Origin: an uncultured Mageeibacillus sp.
GTDB taxonomy: Bacteria; Bacillota; Clostridia; Saccharofermentanales; DTU023
Reading direction: 5' to 3'
Assembly (NCBI GenBank): GCA_964493375.1
Contig: CAZBOM010000002.1
Location: 1-33,046, forward strand
DNA length: 33,046 nucleotides
Shown here: piece by piece, positions 8,461 to 19,300 of the stretch
Numbering within the stretch: position 1 is the first letter of the stretch
How the letters are laid out: the number at the start of each line of letters is the position of its first letter
Notes under the pieces: model-generated
What the model saw: the letters and a program-made list of their open reading frames with translations, nothing else
Databases searched by the model: none
Told to the model about the DNA's origin: nothing
Position numbers and translations under genes: made by a program

Positions 8461-10089
8461 ATGGCTAAGAAAGAATCCACAGAATGGAAACAGGACGCGG
8501 CGAGAGCGGAGCGAAAAGACCGCTTGGCTCAGATGAAGGGTAGCGATGGTCAAAAGAAAAAGATCGAATCGCGCAGCATCTGGAAAAAAGTAACACTGGC
8601 CGCTGTCGCTGTCGTGATCGTTCTGGCGATAGCCGTCTGGCTTATTGCAAGCACCGGCATTCTGACACGACATTCGCGAGCGATGACCGTCAACGGTCGA
8701 AAAGTTTCTGCGGCAGAGATAAACATCCACATTGGCAACTATACAGCCGCTCAGCAGTGGGGGTTGGCTTTTTCCGAGCAGTTCCAAGCAGAGATGGATA
8801 AAAAGTCACAAATGGATCCCAATGGTACTGTAAGAGACGATATTGCGAATACGATTATTCCCAGTGTCATTTACACGGCGGCGATGCTTGAGGACATGGA
8901 AAAGAATGACTTCAAGGTGACTGAAGAGCAACAGAAAGAAATCGACAAAACCATTGAAAATCTCGACGGACAAATTACTCAGTTGGCGCTACAGAGTGGA
9001 ACGACTCTTGCCGGTTTCTTGAAATCGTATTTTGGCCCCGGCGTCAACATGAAGTTACTCAAACAAGATTTTGTCAATTCGATGAAGCTTCAATTCTATA
9101 GCGAGCATATAGGAGAAAAAGCTGATGTATCGAAAGAAAAAATCGATACTTATTACCAAGAACATAAAGACACGCTCGATCTCTTTTCATATGAGATATA
9201 CGTTTTTAAACTTGATGTGAAAAAAGACGCGACAGCCGATGAGAAAAAAGAAGCGCTCGCAAAACTAAAGACAGACGCAGAAGCCGCGCTCAAAGATCTG
9301 GAAAGCAACTCGTTTGTCGAAGCTGTCAAGAAGCACGTTTCGAAGGAAGACGCTGAGAAACTGACGAAGGATCCTGCCTCAGTTGAAAAGAAAAATGTCG
9401 GCGGCCAGATGCTTACGGGAGATATCGCGAAATTCTTACGAGATAAGGACCGAAAAGCGAATGATGCGAAACTGATCGAGGAAGCCGATTCCTTTGCTCT
9501 CGTTCGTTTCCTCAGCCGTGATCGCGACGCGAGCTTTCAAACGTATACCGTGCGCCACATCTTGTTTAAGCAAGAGGCAGATGCCGACGAGAAAGCGATG
9601 GAGAAGCTGAAGCAAGAAGCGGAGAAAGTTCTCGCCGAATTTAAACAAGGTGCGAAGACGGAAGAATCATTTGGTGAACTCGCGAAAAAACACTCCAAGG
9701 ATCCGGGAAGTGCTGAGAAGGGCGGTCTTTACGCCGACATGGCGCCTGATTTTCAAGAGAGACTTGTCCCTGAATTCCGTGATTGGTTCAAAGCGAGTGG
9801 ACGCAAAGCCGGTGATGTGGAAATCATTAAGACTTCGCACGGGTATCACATCATGTATTTTGTCGGTCGTTCAACTGAAAGCGCATTAGAAAAGAAGATC
9901 ACCGATACATTCAAGAAAGATTATGCGAAAGAGTACGGAGAGAATGTGCTCAAAGAGACGACATCGGAGCGTCATTCCTTCGGCATGAAATTTGTCGGGC
10001 AACTCCACTTTTTCGACGCTTTGTTTAGCAAAGCGCCCAAGACTCCGGTGACCGTTGAATCGACGGCACCACCTATGAATCCTAATTAA
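8461..10089 (+). CDS. membrane-anchored peptidyl-prolyl cis-trans isomerase (parvulin domain, PrsA/SurA-like, long form)
   Basis: The N-terminus is Lys-rich, followed by a single TM ('VTLAAVAVVIVLAIAVWLIAS'). The parvulin domain reads 'YTVRHILF...KKHSKDPGSAEKGGLY...VPEFRDW...SHGYHIMYF'. The RBS GGGGGAAAGGA favours ATG 8461 over the track start 8413, which would translate through the hairpin. Confidence 0.8.
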   Translation: MAKKESTEWKQDAARAERKDRLAQMKGSDGQKKKIESRSIWKKVTLAAVAVVIVLAIAVWLIASTGILTRHSRAMTVNGRKVSAAEINIHIGNYTAAQQWGLAFSEQFQAEMDKKSQMDPNGTVRDDIANTIIPSVIYTAAMLEDMEKNDFKVTEEQQKEIDKTIENLDGQITQLALQSGTTLAGFLKSYFGPGVNMKLLKQDFVNSMKLQFYSEHIGEKADVSKEKIDTYYQEHKDTLDLFSYEIYVFKLDVKKDATADEKKEALAKLKTDAEAALKDLESNSFVEAVKKHVSKEDAEKLTKDPASVEKKNVGGQMLTGDIAKFLRDKDRKANDAKLIEEADSFALVRFLSRDRDASFQTYTVRHILFKQEADADEKAMEKLKQEAEKVLAEFKQGAKTEESFGELAKKHSKDPGSAEKGGLYADMAPDFQERLVPEFRDWFKASGRKAGDVEIIKTSHGYHIMYFVGRSTESALEKKITDTFKKDYAKEYGENVLKETTSERHSFGMKFVGQLHFFDALFSKAPKTPVTVESTAPPMNPN

Positions 10090-10145
10090 AGGCGCTGAGC
10101 AACGAGGCAAACGCCATGCACCGTTGAATTAAATTCATCATTGAT

Positions 10146-10176
10146 AAAGGGGCTGACTCGAATGAGCAGCCCCTTT
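10146..10176. terminator. bidirectional hairpin terminator between the convergent PPIase and gatD-like genes
   Basis: AAAGGGGCTG (10146-10155) pairs with CAGCCCCTTT (10167-10176), giving a 10-bp stem and 11-nt loop. The A3/T3 arms give short U-tracts on both strands. Confidence 0.55.
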
Positions 10177-10207
10177 GACATAGACTCGATACGTTTTTCA
10201 CCGTTCA

Positions 10208-10912
10208 CTATTTCTTTTCGAAGGTTTCATCAAAATCTTTTTTTCGCCATTCATAGGCGTTGAAGAGATTTTCTTCAAATGGGAGTAAACCTTCGTAGCC
10301 AACTTGCTCGAACAGCCATTTCGTAAAATGTGGATTGAGAACGAGAAAAGGCCCGAGCAGGCTCGTCGCGAAAAAGAGATTGTCTCGAATCCCCTCAAGA
10401 GACTCGCCTTGAGTCATGCCCGGACCATGAGTCACTTGTATGAACGGAAAACTTTTCGTGTCTCCCGTGTGAGAAGTGAATTGAGACCGGAACCCCATCA
10501 CCTCCATCTGCTGAAAGTGACCGCGGACGACATCATTGTGGCGGTCATAACGATGGCAATGTGTATCGAAAGGGTACAATCCCAGCGCTTCGATCGTATC
10601 GCCTTCTTCATAATGGATAGAACGACCGACTAAATCGAGTGCGTTACCCGCGAAAAAGAACGCCACCCCTCGATCGATCGCTTTCCTGAATGCCTCTTTA
10701 TGGTCACGCCATTTGTCAAGAACAAGCGCTTGCGTTTGCTCCGTCATCGGTCCCATGTAGACGAGGTCGATACCGCCGTCCCAAAAAGCCGGCGGGTCGG
10801 GGAAAGACGTCCGAATGACGTTCTCCTTGCCAAATGTTCTCAACAACAGATTCTGCGAGCCATGTTCTCCCAGTAAATTGGCAAGCTCTCCGTACAAAAT
10901 CTCAACTCTCAC
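10208..10912 (-). CDS. gatD: GatD-like CobQ-type glutamine amidotransferase homolog (MurT partner), apparently lacking the catalytic Cys/His
   Basis: It is colinear with S. aureus and S. pneumoniae GatD as I recall them ('VEILYGELANLLGEHGS', 'EALGLYPFDT', 'VMGFRSQF', 'EGIRDNLFFATSLLGPFLVLNP'). The GTG start at 10912 has AAAGGAGA 7 nt upstream and overlaps the murT stop by 11 nt. See the finding on its degenerate active site. Confidence 0.7.
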   Translation of the reverse strand: MRVEILYGELANLLGEHGSQNLLLRTFGKENVIRTSFPDPPAFWDGGIDLVYMGPMTEQTQALVLDKWRDHKEAFRKAIDRGVAFFFAGNALDLVGRSIHYEEGDTIEALGLYPFDTHCHRYDRHNDVVRGHFQQMEVMGFRSQFTSHTGDTKSFPFIQVTHGPGMTQGESLEGIRDNLFFATSLLGPFLVLNPHFTKWLFEQVGYEGLLPFEENLFNAYEWRKKDFDETFEKK

Positions 10913-12371
10913 GATCCGTCTCCTTTTCTAGTCGATCTTGAAGACTCTCGATAACAATTCTTGAAACGGGTTCAGAATATAACTCGTAGAGGATCGCGAT
11001 AGTTTCCCGTCCTTCTTCCTGAAGGAGCGCGTCGGACGCATCGCGTTTGTCGCGACGCGCCACAATTTTTTGTTCATCAACTCCGGCAAATAATAAGGCA
11101 AGGCGTAAATCTTCACAGCGCCTTCCCGCAATCACAACGCGAGTGACATCGTGATCATTTAAGGCAGAAAGATCGGCATCGAACATCCACGCCGCATTAT
11201 CTTCTGGTGTGACGGTGCCGGTACTCGTATCGACCAGCAGTATGAACTGCTTTTTCCCGGGGATCGCGCGGACAGCCTCAATGACGCGGCTGACGGCAAT
11301 CGGATTCTTACCCTTTGCGAGCATGCGGTAAATACGCTTCCGGCCGATTTGCAAAACTTGCTTGCGTGAGCGCCCGATCACGATGTCGGAAAGCGCCTTC
11401 GCGATGTCATCGTGGCTTTTCCCGAGCGTTCTAAATAATGCAATCGCGGCGAGTTCATTGTAAAGATCGATCATGTTCTCGCCTCGGAAAGGATAAACCT
11501 CTTCACCTTGTTCCGTATTCAACACGAGCGTGTCGGCTTCCAAGATCATATTGAAGGGAAGTGGTCGGCTCGACGCTCGTTCCTTTACAACTTCGTCAGC
11601 CTCGGCGTTATTTGTCGATGAAATAGAGGTGATCTCATAGTCAGGCGCCAGCGATTTCCATCCGCACGATTCGCAGTGAGATCGTCCGATATGGTGGTAT
11701 CGGATGAATGTGTCCGTCAATTGGCCATGACATTGAGGGCAGAGGACGACGTCGCGGATCAAGCTCTCCGTGATCTCCGGCTCACCCGGCAGTCGAGCGA
11801 TTCCAAACGATGTGTGCGGTCGGGTCGCCGCAAGGTTTTGCGAGAGAAGATCGTCGGCGTTGATGACAAGATGTGTCGTCTTAGGAATACTATCGTCTAA
11901 TAGTTTGTATATAAATTCTCCGTGGGCGTTTCTTAAATAAGATTCGCGAAACAAATTGGTGATAACAAGATAATCGGGGTGAATTGATTTGAAGACAACG
12001 CGTGTCAAGCGTTCGTCGATCTCAAGAATAGCGAGCGGGAGTTTCTTTTTGCCCGTCAGCGTGGTGGCGTCAAGTAACGTTGTGATGATTCCCTCTTCGA
12101 TGTTGCTTCCATAAGCGTTGTGAGCAAAGTCTAAGCCAAAAGAACGAGCGAGATCAGCGACCATATTGGCGACGGTTGTTTTGCCGTTTGTGCCGGTGAC
12201 CGCAATGATCCGGTCGGGTTTCTCCATGCGCATGAGAAAATCAGGGCAAAGTTTCTTCGCAAGCTGCCCGGGGAAGTGGGTACCTTTGTGGCGGAGCAGT
12301 TTCATCACGACTCGCGTCGCTCGAACAAAAAGGATAGCCACCAAAAAACGAGGGGTGCGTCGACGTGTCAC
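10902..12371 (-). CDS. murT: MurT-like Mur-ligase-family protein (lipid II isoglutaminyl synthase ligase subunit homolog; Mur ligase central domain + DUF1727)
   Basis: The N-terminus 'GTHFPGQLAKKL' parallels S. aureus MurT 'GTDLPGQIARKV'. It has the P-loop 'VTGTNGKTT', a Cys4 ribbon 'CPQCHGQL...CESCGW' and a C-terminal DUF1727-like 'PEDNAAWMFDADLSAL'. GTG start at 12371. Confidence 0.85.
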   Translation of the reverse strand: MTRRRTPRFLVAILFVRATRVVMKLLRHKGTHFPGQLAKKLCPDFLMRMEKPDRIIAVTGTNGKTTVANMVADLARSFGLDFAHNAYGSNIEEGIITTLLDATTLTGKKKLPLAILEIDERLTRVVFKSIHPDYLVITNLFRESYLRNAHGEFIYKLLDDSIPKTTHLVINADDLLSQNLAATRPHTSFGIARLPGEPEITESLIRDVVLCPQCHGQLTDTFIRYHHIGRSHCESCGWKSLAPDYEITSISSTNNAEADEVVKERASSRPLPFNMILEADTLVLNTEQGEEVYPFRGENMIDLYNELAAIALFRTLGKSHDDIAKALSDIVIGRSRKQVLQIGRKRIYRMLAKGKNPIAVSRVIEAVRAIPGKKQFILLVDTSTGTVTPEDNAAWMFDADLSALNDHDVTRVVIAGRRCEDLRLALLFAGVDEQKIVARRDKRDASDALLQEEGRETIAILYELYSEPVSRIVIESLQDRLEKETDRES

Positions 12372-12402
12372 AAAATTCTCTCTTCCAAAAATAAAAAAGC
12401 TG

Positions 12403-12431
12403 TTGACTCGAAAGTCAAAGCGTGTTAGAAT
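12403..12431 (+). promoter_or_regulatory. predicted sigma-A promoter for rpoB-rpoC
   Basis: TTGACT (12403-12408), a 17-nt spacer, then TAGAAT (12426-12431) preceded by TGt (extended -10). An A-rich tract (aaaaataaaaaag) lies upstream. The leader to ATG 12597 would be about 160 nt. Confidence 0.55.
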
Positions 12432-12510
12432 CGTTTGATGTGTCGCTAGACCAACTTTGGCATGCCCATGGTAATAAAAAAAATGGCTTCCAAGTCCTTA
12501 CGACATAGTA

Positions 12511-12538
12511 ATTATATCACGTGAGATAGCATCGTCAA
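12511..12538 (-). promoter_or_regulatory. predicted sigma-A promoter for murT-gatD (minus strand)
   Basis: The minus strand reads TTGACG (complement of 12533-12538), a 16-nt spacer, then TGaTATAAT (TATAAT is the complement of 12511-12516). This is a consensus extended -10. The leader to GTG 12371 would be about 130 nt. Confidence 0.55.
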
Positions 12539-12596
12539 TGCCGGTTTCGTCGGTGCTTCCTCTAAAACGCCGGTTCGATTTGTGAGGTGAACGCCA

Positions 12597-15500
12597 ATGG
12601 TAAAGCCCGTTCAGTACGGACGCGTGCAGAGAATGTCATACTCTAAGATTGACGAGATCCTCGATATCCCAGATTTGCTGGAAATTCAGAAAAGTAGTTA
12701 TCAATGGTTCCTTGAGGAAGGACTGATGGAAGTCCTCGAAGAATCGTCGCCTATTTCTGACTTTTCAGGTGATATCGAGCTTTCTTTTATCGATCGCGAG
12801 TTCGACATTGAGAATCCAACTTATTCCATTGAAGAGTGTAAAGAACGAGACGCCAATTACGCGGCGAAGCTGAATATGAAAGTCCGTCTGCATGATCGCA
12901 AGACGGGCGTCATGAGGGAATCCAACGTCTATGTCGGAGAGTTCCCGATCATGACCGATACGGGGAGCTTCATTATCAATGGAGCCGAACGCGTCATTAT
13001 CAGTCAGCTCGTCCGTTCTCCGGGCGCCTATTTTGACATTATGCGCGATAAAAACGATGTCGAGCTCTACACAGCCCAAGTGATTCCCAATAGAGGCGCT
13101 TGGATCGAGTTCGAGTCGGACGCGAAACGTCTTCTCTGGGTTCGCGTCGATCGCCAGAGAAAATTCCATTTAACTATCTTGCTCCGCGCGCTGGGTATCG
13201 GCACGGATGAAGAGATTATCGATGTGTTGGGCGAAGAAGAGTCGCTTCTCTTGACCATGCAAAAAGATGGTTGTAAGACGAGTGACGAGGGACTTCAAGA
13301 GATGTTCCGCAAACTGCGCTCAGGTGAAGTCTATACGCGCGAAGGCGCGCAAGCTCTCTTGCACAACAATTTCTTCAATCCGAATCGCTATGACTTGGCG
13401 AAAGTCGGAGTTTATAAGCTGAACAAAAAACTGGCGATCGCACACCGTCTCGCCGGTCACGTCGCGGCCGAAGACATCATCGCGGAAGATGGTGAAGTGT
13501 TGGCGCTCGCCGATGAGATCATCACGAAGGAAGCGGCGGAAGCGATTCAGCAGGCCGGTATCAACAGCGTTGATGTCTACCCGATCCAAAGGCGCGGTGA
13601 CACGGTGACGCAGTTTGACCACCGTCTTCGCATCGTCGGCAACAAGCGTGTCGACGCCCGCGCGTTCCTCGGTCGCAGCATCAAAGCCGATGTTCTCGAC
13701 GCGATTGATTTTGAAGAGCTCGGTATTACAGAGAAGGTCTACACACCGGTTCTCCGCGAAATCGTCGAAGAAGTGCTTGAAGCTTCCGACCAAGAAGAAA
13801 AACTCCGTGCCCTTCTCATTTCGAGAAGGAACGAGTTGATCCCGCGCCACTTGACTCTCTACGATATTCTCTCCGTCATGAGCTACTACATCGGGCTCGA
13901 GTACGGCGTCGGTGAGCGCGACGATATCGACCATCTCGGCAACCGCCGCATTCGTTCCGTCGGTGAACTCCTGCAGAATCAAATGCGCATCGGGTTCTCG
14001 CGTATGGACCGCGTCGTGCGTGAGCGCATGCAGACGATTCCTGATATCGCTTCGACGACACCGAAAGATATTGTCAATACGCGCCCGATCTCAGCCGCGA
14101 TCAAAGAGTTCTTCGGGTCGAGCCAGTTGTCACAGTTTATGGACCAGCCAAACCCCTTGGCAGAGATGACGCATAAACGCCGTCTCTCGGCTCTCGGCCC
14201 GGGCGGTCTTTCGCGTGAGCGCGCGAACTTTGAAGTCCGTGACGTCCATGCGTCGCACTACGGCCGTATGTGCCCGATCGAGACACCTGAAGGACCGAAT
14301 ATCGGTCTGATCAACTCGCTCGCGACATACGCCCGCGTCAACCGCTACGGTTTCATCGAGACACCGTATCGAATTTACGACAAGGTCAAAGGCGTCGTCA
14401 CCGGCGAGGTGCGTTATTTCACGGCCGACGAAGAAGACCAATACAACATCGCGCAGGCGAACGAACCGCTCGATGAGGACGGCCGTTTCGTCAACAAGAA
14501 GATCTCCTGTCGCTTCCGCGACGAGTTCTTCGAGCTCGATCCCGATAAAGTCGACCTGATGGACGTATCGCCGAAACAGCTCGTCTCAGTCGCGACATCG
14601 CTTATTCCGTTCCTTGGAAACGACGACGCGAACCGTGCGCTGATGGGCTCGAACATGCAGCGTCAAGCCGTCCCGTTGATCAAGACGGAAGCGCCTATCA
14701 TCGGTACGGGAATGGAACACCGCGCCGCGAAAGACTCCGGTGTCTGTGTCGTCGCCAAGCGCGACGGTGTCATTGAACGTGTCGCCGGCGATCTCATTGT
14801 CGTCCGCGGTGATGATGACAAAGTTGACAGTTACACACTCAGAAAATATGCGCGTTCCAACCAAGGGACATGCATTAACCAACGGCCCCTCGTCAAAATG
14901 GGCGATGTCGTGAAAAAAGGCGATATTATCGCAGACGGCCCGTCGACCGATAACGGTGAGCTCGCGTTGGGACGCAACGTTTTGATCGGGTTCATGATGT
15001 GGGAAGGCTTTAACTACGAAGACGCGATTTTGCTCAACGAGCGTTTGGCGAGAGACGATGTCTACACATCGATCCACATCGCCGAATACGAGTGTGAAGC
15101 GCGCGATACGAAGCTCGGACCGGAAGAAATCACTCGTGAGATTCCGAACGTCGCCGATGACGCGTTGAAAGACCTCGATGAAGAAGGTGTCGTCCGTATC
15201 GGTGCCGAAGTGCACGCCGGTGACATTCTCGTCGGTAAAGTGACGCCAAAAGGTGAAACGGAACTGACACCGGAGGAGCGCCTCTATCGCGCTATCTTTG
15301 GTGAGAAAGTCCGCGAAGTCCGCGATACTTCGGTGCGCGTGCCGCACGGTGAATCGGGCGTCGTCGTCGATATCAAGATTTTCACACGCGAGAGCGATGA
15401 GCAACTCAAACACGGCGTGACAAAACTCGTCCGCGTCTATGTCGCTCAGAAACGCAAAATTTCAGTCGGTGACAAGATGGCAGGACGCCACGGAAATAAG

Positions 15501-16382
15501 GGCGTCGTCTCGAAGATCTTGCCCGAAGAAGATATGCCGTTCTTGCCGGATGGCACGCCTCTCGACATCGTGCTCAACCCGCTCGGTGTCCCGTCGCGTA
15601 TGAACGTCGGACAGCTGTTGGAAGTCCACCTCGGCGCCGCCGCGAATAAGCTCGGTTGGAAAGTTGCGACACCTGTCTTCGACGGCGCTGACGAGCAAGA
15701 TGTCGTCGACGCTTTTGTTGAAGCCGGTATGGAAACGGATGGAAAAACCATCCTTTACGACGGACGCACCGGTGAACCGTTTGAGAACCGAGTGACTGTC
15801 GGCGTCATGTATTATTTGAAACTGCTCCACTTGGTCGACGACAAGATTCACGCGCGCTCGATCGGCCCTTACTCACTCGTCACACAGCAACCGCTCGGCG
15901 GTAAAGCGCAGTTCGGCGGACAGCGTTTCGGTGAGATGGAAGTGTGGGCACTCGAAGCATACGGCGCCGCGTATACGCTCCAAGAAATCTTGACCGTTAA
16001 GTCGGACGATATCTGGGGACGCACGAAAACATACGAAGCCATTGTCAAAGGCGAGAACATCCCCGAGCCGGGCATCCCGGAGGCATTTAAAGTGTTGATC
16101 AAAGAACTTCAATCACTCTGTCTCGATGTCCATATTCTCTCGAAATTGAACGAGGAACTCCCGATCCCCGAAGGCGATGCCGACAGGGAAGAGGACGAAA
16201 CAGTCACAGGGCACACATTAGCCGAAATGACGGGCGAAGAAGTTACCTCGGACAGTCGGGAAGACTTTGACAAAGAAGGATTCACCGACGGCCTCCTCGA
16301 TGAAGAGGGTGGTGTCGTCAGCGAACCTGCTGAAAGTGATACTGAATCGAATGAAGATAACGAACTTGAGGATGAAGCATAA
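12597..16382 (+). CDS. rpoB: DNA-directed RNA polymerase subunit beta
   Basis: 1261 aa. It has the Rif cluster '[32 protein letters not shown]', 'NMQRQAVP', '[13 protein letters not shown]' and '[18 protein letters not shown]'. The RBS TGAGGTGA precedes ATG 12597. The C-terminus has an acidic tail of about 80 aa. Confidence 0.98.
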   Translation: MVKPVQYGRVQRMSYSKIDEILDIPDLLEIQKSSYQWFLEEGLMEVLEESSPISDFSGDIELSFIDREFDIENPTYSIEECKERDANYAAKLNMKVRLHDRKTGVMRESNVYVGEFPIMTDTGSFIINGAERVIISQLVRSPGAYFDIMRDKNDVELYTAQVIPNRGAWIEFESDAKRLLWVRVDRQRKFHLTILLRALGIGTDEEIIDVLGEEESLLLTMQKDGCKTSDEGLQEMFRKLRSGEVYTREGAQALLHNNFFNPNRYDLAKVGVYKLNKKLAIAHRLAGHVAAEDIIAEDGEVLALADEIITKEAAEAIQQAGINSVDVYPIQRRGDTVTQFDHRLRIVGNKRVDARAFLGRSIKADVLDAIDFEELGITEKVYTPVLREIVEEVLEASDQEEKLRALLISRRNELIPRHLTLYDILSVMSYYIGLEYGVGERDDIDHLGNRRIRSVGELLQNQMRIGFSRMDRVVRERMQTIPDIASTTPKDIVNTRPISAAIKEFFGSSQLSQFMDQPNPLAEMTHKRRLSALGPGGLSRERANFEVRDVHASHYGRMCPIETPEGPNIGLINSLATYARVNRYGFIETPYRIYDKVKGVVTGEVRYFTADEEDQYNIAQANEPLDEDGRFVNKKISCRFRDEFFELDPDKVDLMDVSPKQLVSVATSLIPFLGNDDANRALMGSNMQRQAVPLIKTEAPIIGTGMEHRAAKDSGVCVVAKRDGVIERVAGDLIVVRGDDDKVDSYTLRKYARSNQGTCINQRPLVKMGDVVKKGDIIADGPSTDNGELALGRNVLIGFMMWEGFNYEDAILLNERLARDDVYTSIHIAEYECEARDTKLGPEEITREIPNVADDALKDLDEEGVVRIGAEVHAGDILVGKVTPKGETELTPEERLYRAIFGEKVREVRDTSVRVPHGESGVVVDIKIFTRESDEQLKHGVTKLVRVYVAQKRKISVGDKMAGRHGNKGVVSKILPEEDMPFLPDGTPLDIVLNPLGVPSRMNVGQLLEVHLGAAANKLGWKVATPVFDGADEQDVVDAFVEAGMETDGKTILYDGRTGEPFENRVTVGVMYYLKLLHLVDDKIHARSIGPYSLVTQQPLGGKAQFGGQRFGEMEVWALEAYGAAYTLQEILTVKSDDIWGRTKTYEAIVKGENIPEPGIPEAFKVLIKELQSLCLDVHILSKLNEELPIPEGDADREEDETVTGHTLAEMTGEEVTSDSREDFDKEGFTDGLLDEEGGVVSEPAESDTESNEDNELEDEA

Positions 16383-16399
16383 GGTAAGGAGGCCGCTCT

Positions 16400-19300
16400 A
16401 TGTCTGAAATGGGAAATTTTGAAGCTATTGGCATCGGCCTCGCTTCTCCGGATAAAATTCTGACTTGGTCGAAAGGCGAAGTGAAGAAACCTGAGACGAT
16501 TAACTATCGTACGCTCAAACCGGAGACGGACGGCTTGTTCTGTGAGAAGATCTTCGGACCTTCTCGAGACTGGGAATGCTTCTGCGGAAAATACAAAACA
16601 AAACGTTATCGCGGCATTATCTGCGATAAGTGCGGTGTCGAAGTGACACTCGCCAAAGTCCGTCGTGAGCGTATGGGGCACATTCGCCTCGCCGCTCCTG
16701 TGACACATATTTGGTACTATCGCGGCATTCCGAGTCGCATGGGACTTATCCTCGATATGTCGCCGCGCAATCTCGAAAAGATTATTTACTTCGCCGCTTA
16801 CATCGTCATTGATCCCGGCGAGACGTCTTTTGCGAAGATGCAGATCATCAACGAGCGCGATTACCGTGAAGCGATCAGCCTCTATGGGCGGAACTCATTC
16901 GTCGCCAAAATGGGCGCTGAGGCGATCCGTGATTTGCTCGCTAAAATTAATGTTGATGAATTGGCCGAGAGCCTTCGAGAAGAACTCGAAGGCGCGCGCG
17001 GGCAGCGCAAAGCGAGATTGATTAAACGACTCGAAGTCGTCGAAGCTTTCAGGAACTCAGGTCACCATCCGAGCTGGATGGTGCTCGATGTCATTCCCGT
17101 CCTGCCACCGGAGCTACGCCCGATGGTCGAGCTCGACGGCGGACGTTTCGCGACCTCTGACTTGAATGATCTCTATCGTCGCGTCATCAACCGTAACAAC
17201 CGTTTGAACAAGCTTTTGCAGCTCGGCGCGCCGAACATTATTATCCGCAATGAAAAGCGGATGCTACAAGAAGCCGTCGACGCCTTGATCGACAACGGTC
17301 GTCGCGGACGTCCCGTCACCGGCGCCGGCAACAGACCTCTGAAATCGCTCTCTGACTTGCTCAAAGGTAAGCAGGGACGTTTCCGTCAGAACTTGCTCGG
17401 TAAGCGTGTCGACTATTCCGGTCGTTCCGTTATCGTTGTAGGCCCTGAACTGAAACTACATCAGTGCGGACTCCCGAAAGAGATGGCGCTTGAGTTATTT
17501 AAGCCGTTTGTCATGCGTGAGATTATGCGCCATGGCTACGCACAGAATATTAAGTCAGCGCGTCGACAAGTCGAACGCGGTGGTGATCTCGTCTGGGATA
17601 TGCTTGACGAAGTTATCAAAGACCACCCCGTTCTGTTGAACCGCGCCCCAACTTTGCACAGACTCGGTATTCAAGCGTTTGAACCGATTCTCGTCGAAGG
17701 TCGAGCCATCCATTTGCACCCGCTCGTTTGTACAGCCTTTAACGCTGACTTCGACGGCGACCAAATGCCTGTTCACGTGCCGCTGTCGGCCGAAGCGCAA
17801 GCGGAAGCTCGCTTCTTGATGCTTTCATCGAATAACTTGTTGAAGCCTCAGGATGGCAAACCGGTCACCGTGCCGACACAGGATATGGTTCTCGGTTGCT
17901 ACTACTTGACAATTGTCAAGCCGAATCCCGATGTGCCTGAAGATGCCCCTCTCAGAGTCTTCTCCAATATCGAAGAAGCCGAGATGGCGTATGGTGAAGG
18001 GCAGATTACACTCGGTCAACCGATCCGAGTGCTCCGCGAGGTGGAACGCGAGGGCAAACGCTATCGCGGTATCGTCGAATCGACGCTCGGACGCTTGTTG
18101 TTCAACAGCATCATCCCGCAAGATCTCGGCTATGTCGAGCGCGGTGATGATGACGCGAGCCAAGTGGCGCTCGAGTGTGAATTTGTTGTCGGTAAAAAAG
18201 AGCTGGCTAAGATCATTGAACGCTGTATCCACGTCCGTGGTATCACGGAGACGGCAGCCGTTCTCGATAAGATCAAGAAGCTCGGCTTCCACTATTCAAC
18301 AGTCGGCGGTATCTCGATCGGTATTTTTGACATGATCGTTCCGGAAGTCAAAGAGAACTTGATCGATGTCGCGGAAGCGCGCGTTGATTTTATCAACAAA
18401 CAGTACCAGATTGGCACGATGAATGAGGAAGGTCGTTATGAAGCCGTTGTCCGTGTTTGGCGCGAGACGACACAAGAAATTACCGACGCGCTCAAAGAAA
18501 AGCTCGGCATCTACAACCCGATTTATATGATGTCTCAGTCAGGCGCGAGAGGTAATATCGACCAGATTAAACAGTTGGCCGGTATGCGCGGTAACATGAC
18601 CGATACGTCGGGTCGTACGATTGAGATTCCAATCAAGTCGAACCTCCGTGAGGGGATGAACGTTCTTGAGTTCTTTATCTCATCTCACGGCGCTCGTAAA
18701 TCATTGTCGGATACAGCGTTGAAGACGGCTGACTCCGGTTACTTGACAAGACGTCTCGTCGATATTTCGCAAGATGTCATCATCCGCAAAGAAGACTGTG
18801 GAACGGAAGAGTACATCGAAGTGTCACCGGTCGTCGTCGGCGGTAAAGTCAAACGCGTCGTAGAAAAACTCGCGAACCGCATCGAAGGTCGTTTCGCAGC
18901 CTTGCCGATCGTCCATCCTGAGACGGGTGAAGTGCTCGTCGAAAGAAATGAGATGATAAGCAACACGATGGCCTCGAAGATTGAAGAGCTCAATATCACG
19001 AAGGTTGCGATCAGAAGCAACTTGACATGCCAATGCGATAAGGGTGTGTGCGCGAAGTGCTACGGACGAAACCTCGCCACGGGCGGACTGACGGTTGTCG
19101 GAGAAGCTGTCGGCATTATGGCCGCACAGTCGATCGGTGAACCGGGAACGCAGCTCACCATGCGTACGTTCCACACCGGCGGTATCGCATCAGGCGACGA
19201 CATCACACAAGGTCTCCCGCGTGTTGAGGAATTGTTCGAAGCGAGAAAACCAAAAGGACAAGCGATTATTTCCGAATTAACCGGAACGGTGCACATCGTG

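Noticed and set aside
8293-8787. 164-aa minus-strand ORF overlapping the PPIase 5' region
   Set aside because: It overlaps the supported + strand gene and the structured leader. It has no RBS and a Cys/Arg-rich implausible sequence.
14100-14230. Rifampicin-resistance determining region of rpoB
   Set aside because: The key positions (equivalents of E. coli D516, H526, S531) are wild-type in '[25 protein letters not shown]'. The Pro after 'DQ' is at a naturally variable position, so there is no resistance call.
13320-15413. Minus-strand ORFs of 220 aa and 275 aa inside rpoB
   Set aside because: They are antisense to rpoB, have no family resemblance, and their composition is consistent with the reverse frame of a highly expressed gene.
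16109-16708. 199-aa minus-strand ORF spanning the rpoB/rpoC junction
   Set aside because: It is antisense to two unambiguous genes. It has low-complexity Ser/Arg-rich translation and no RBS. It is a typical shadow ORF of GC-rich coding sequence.
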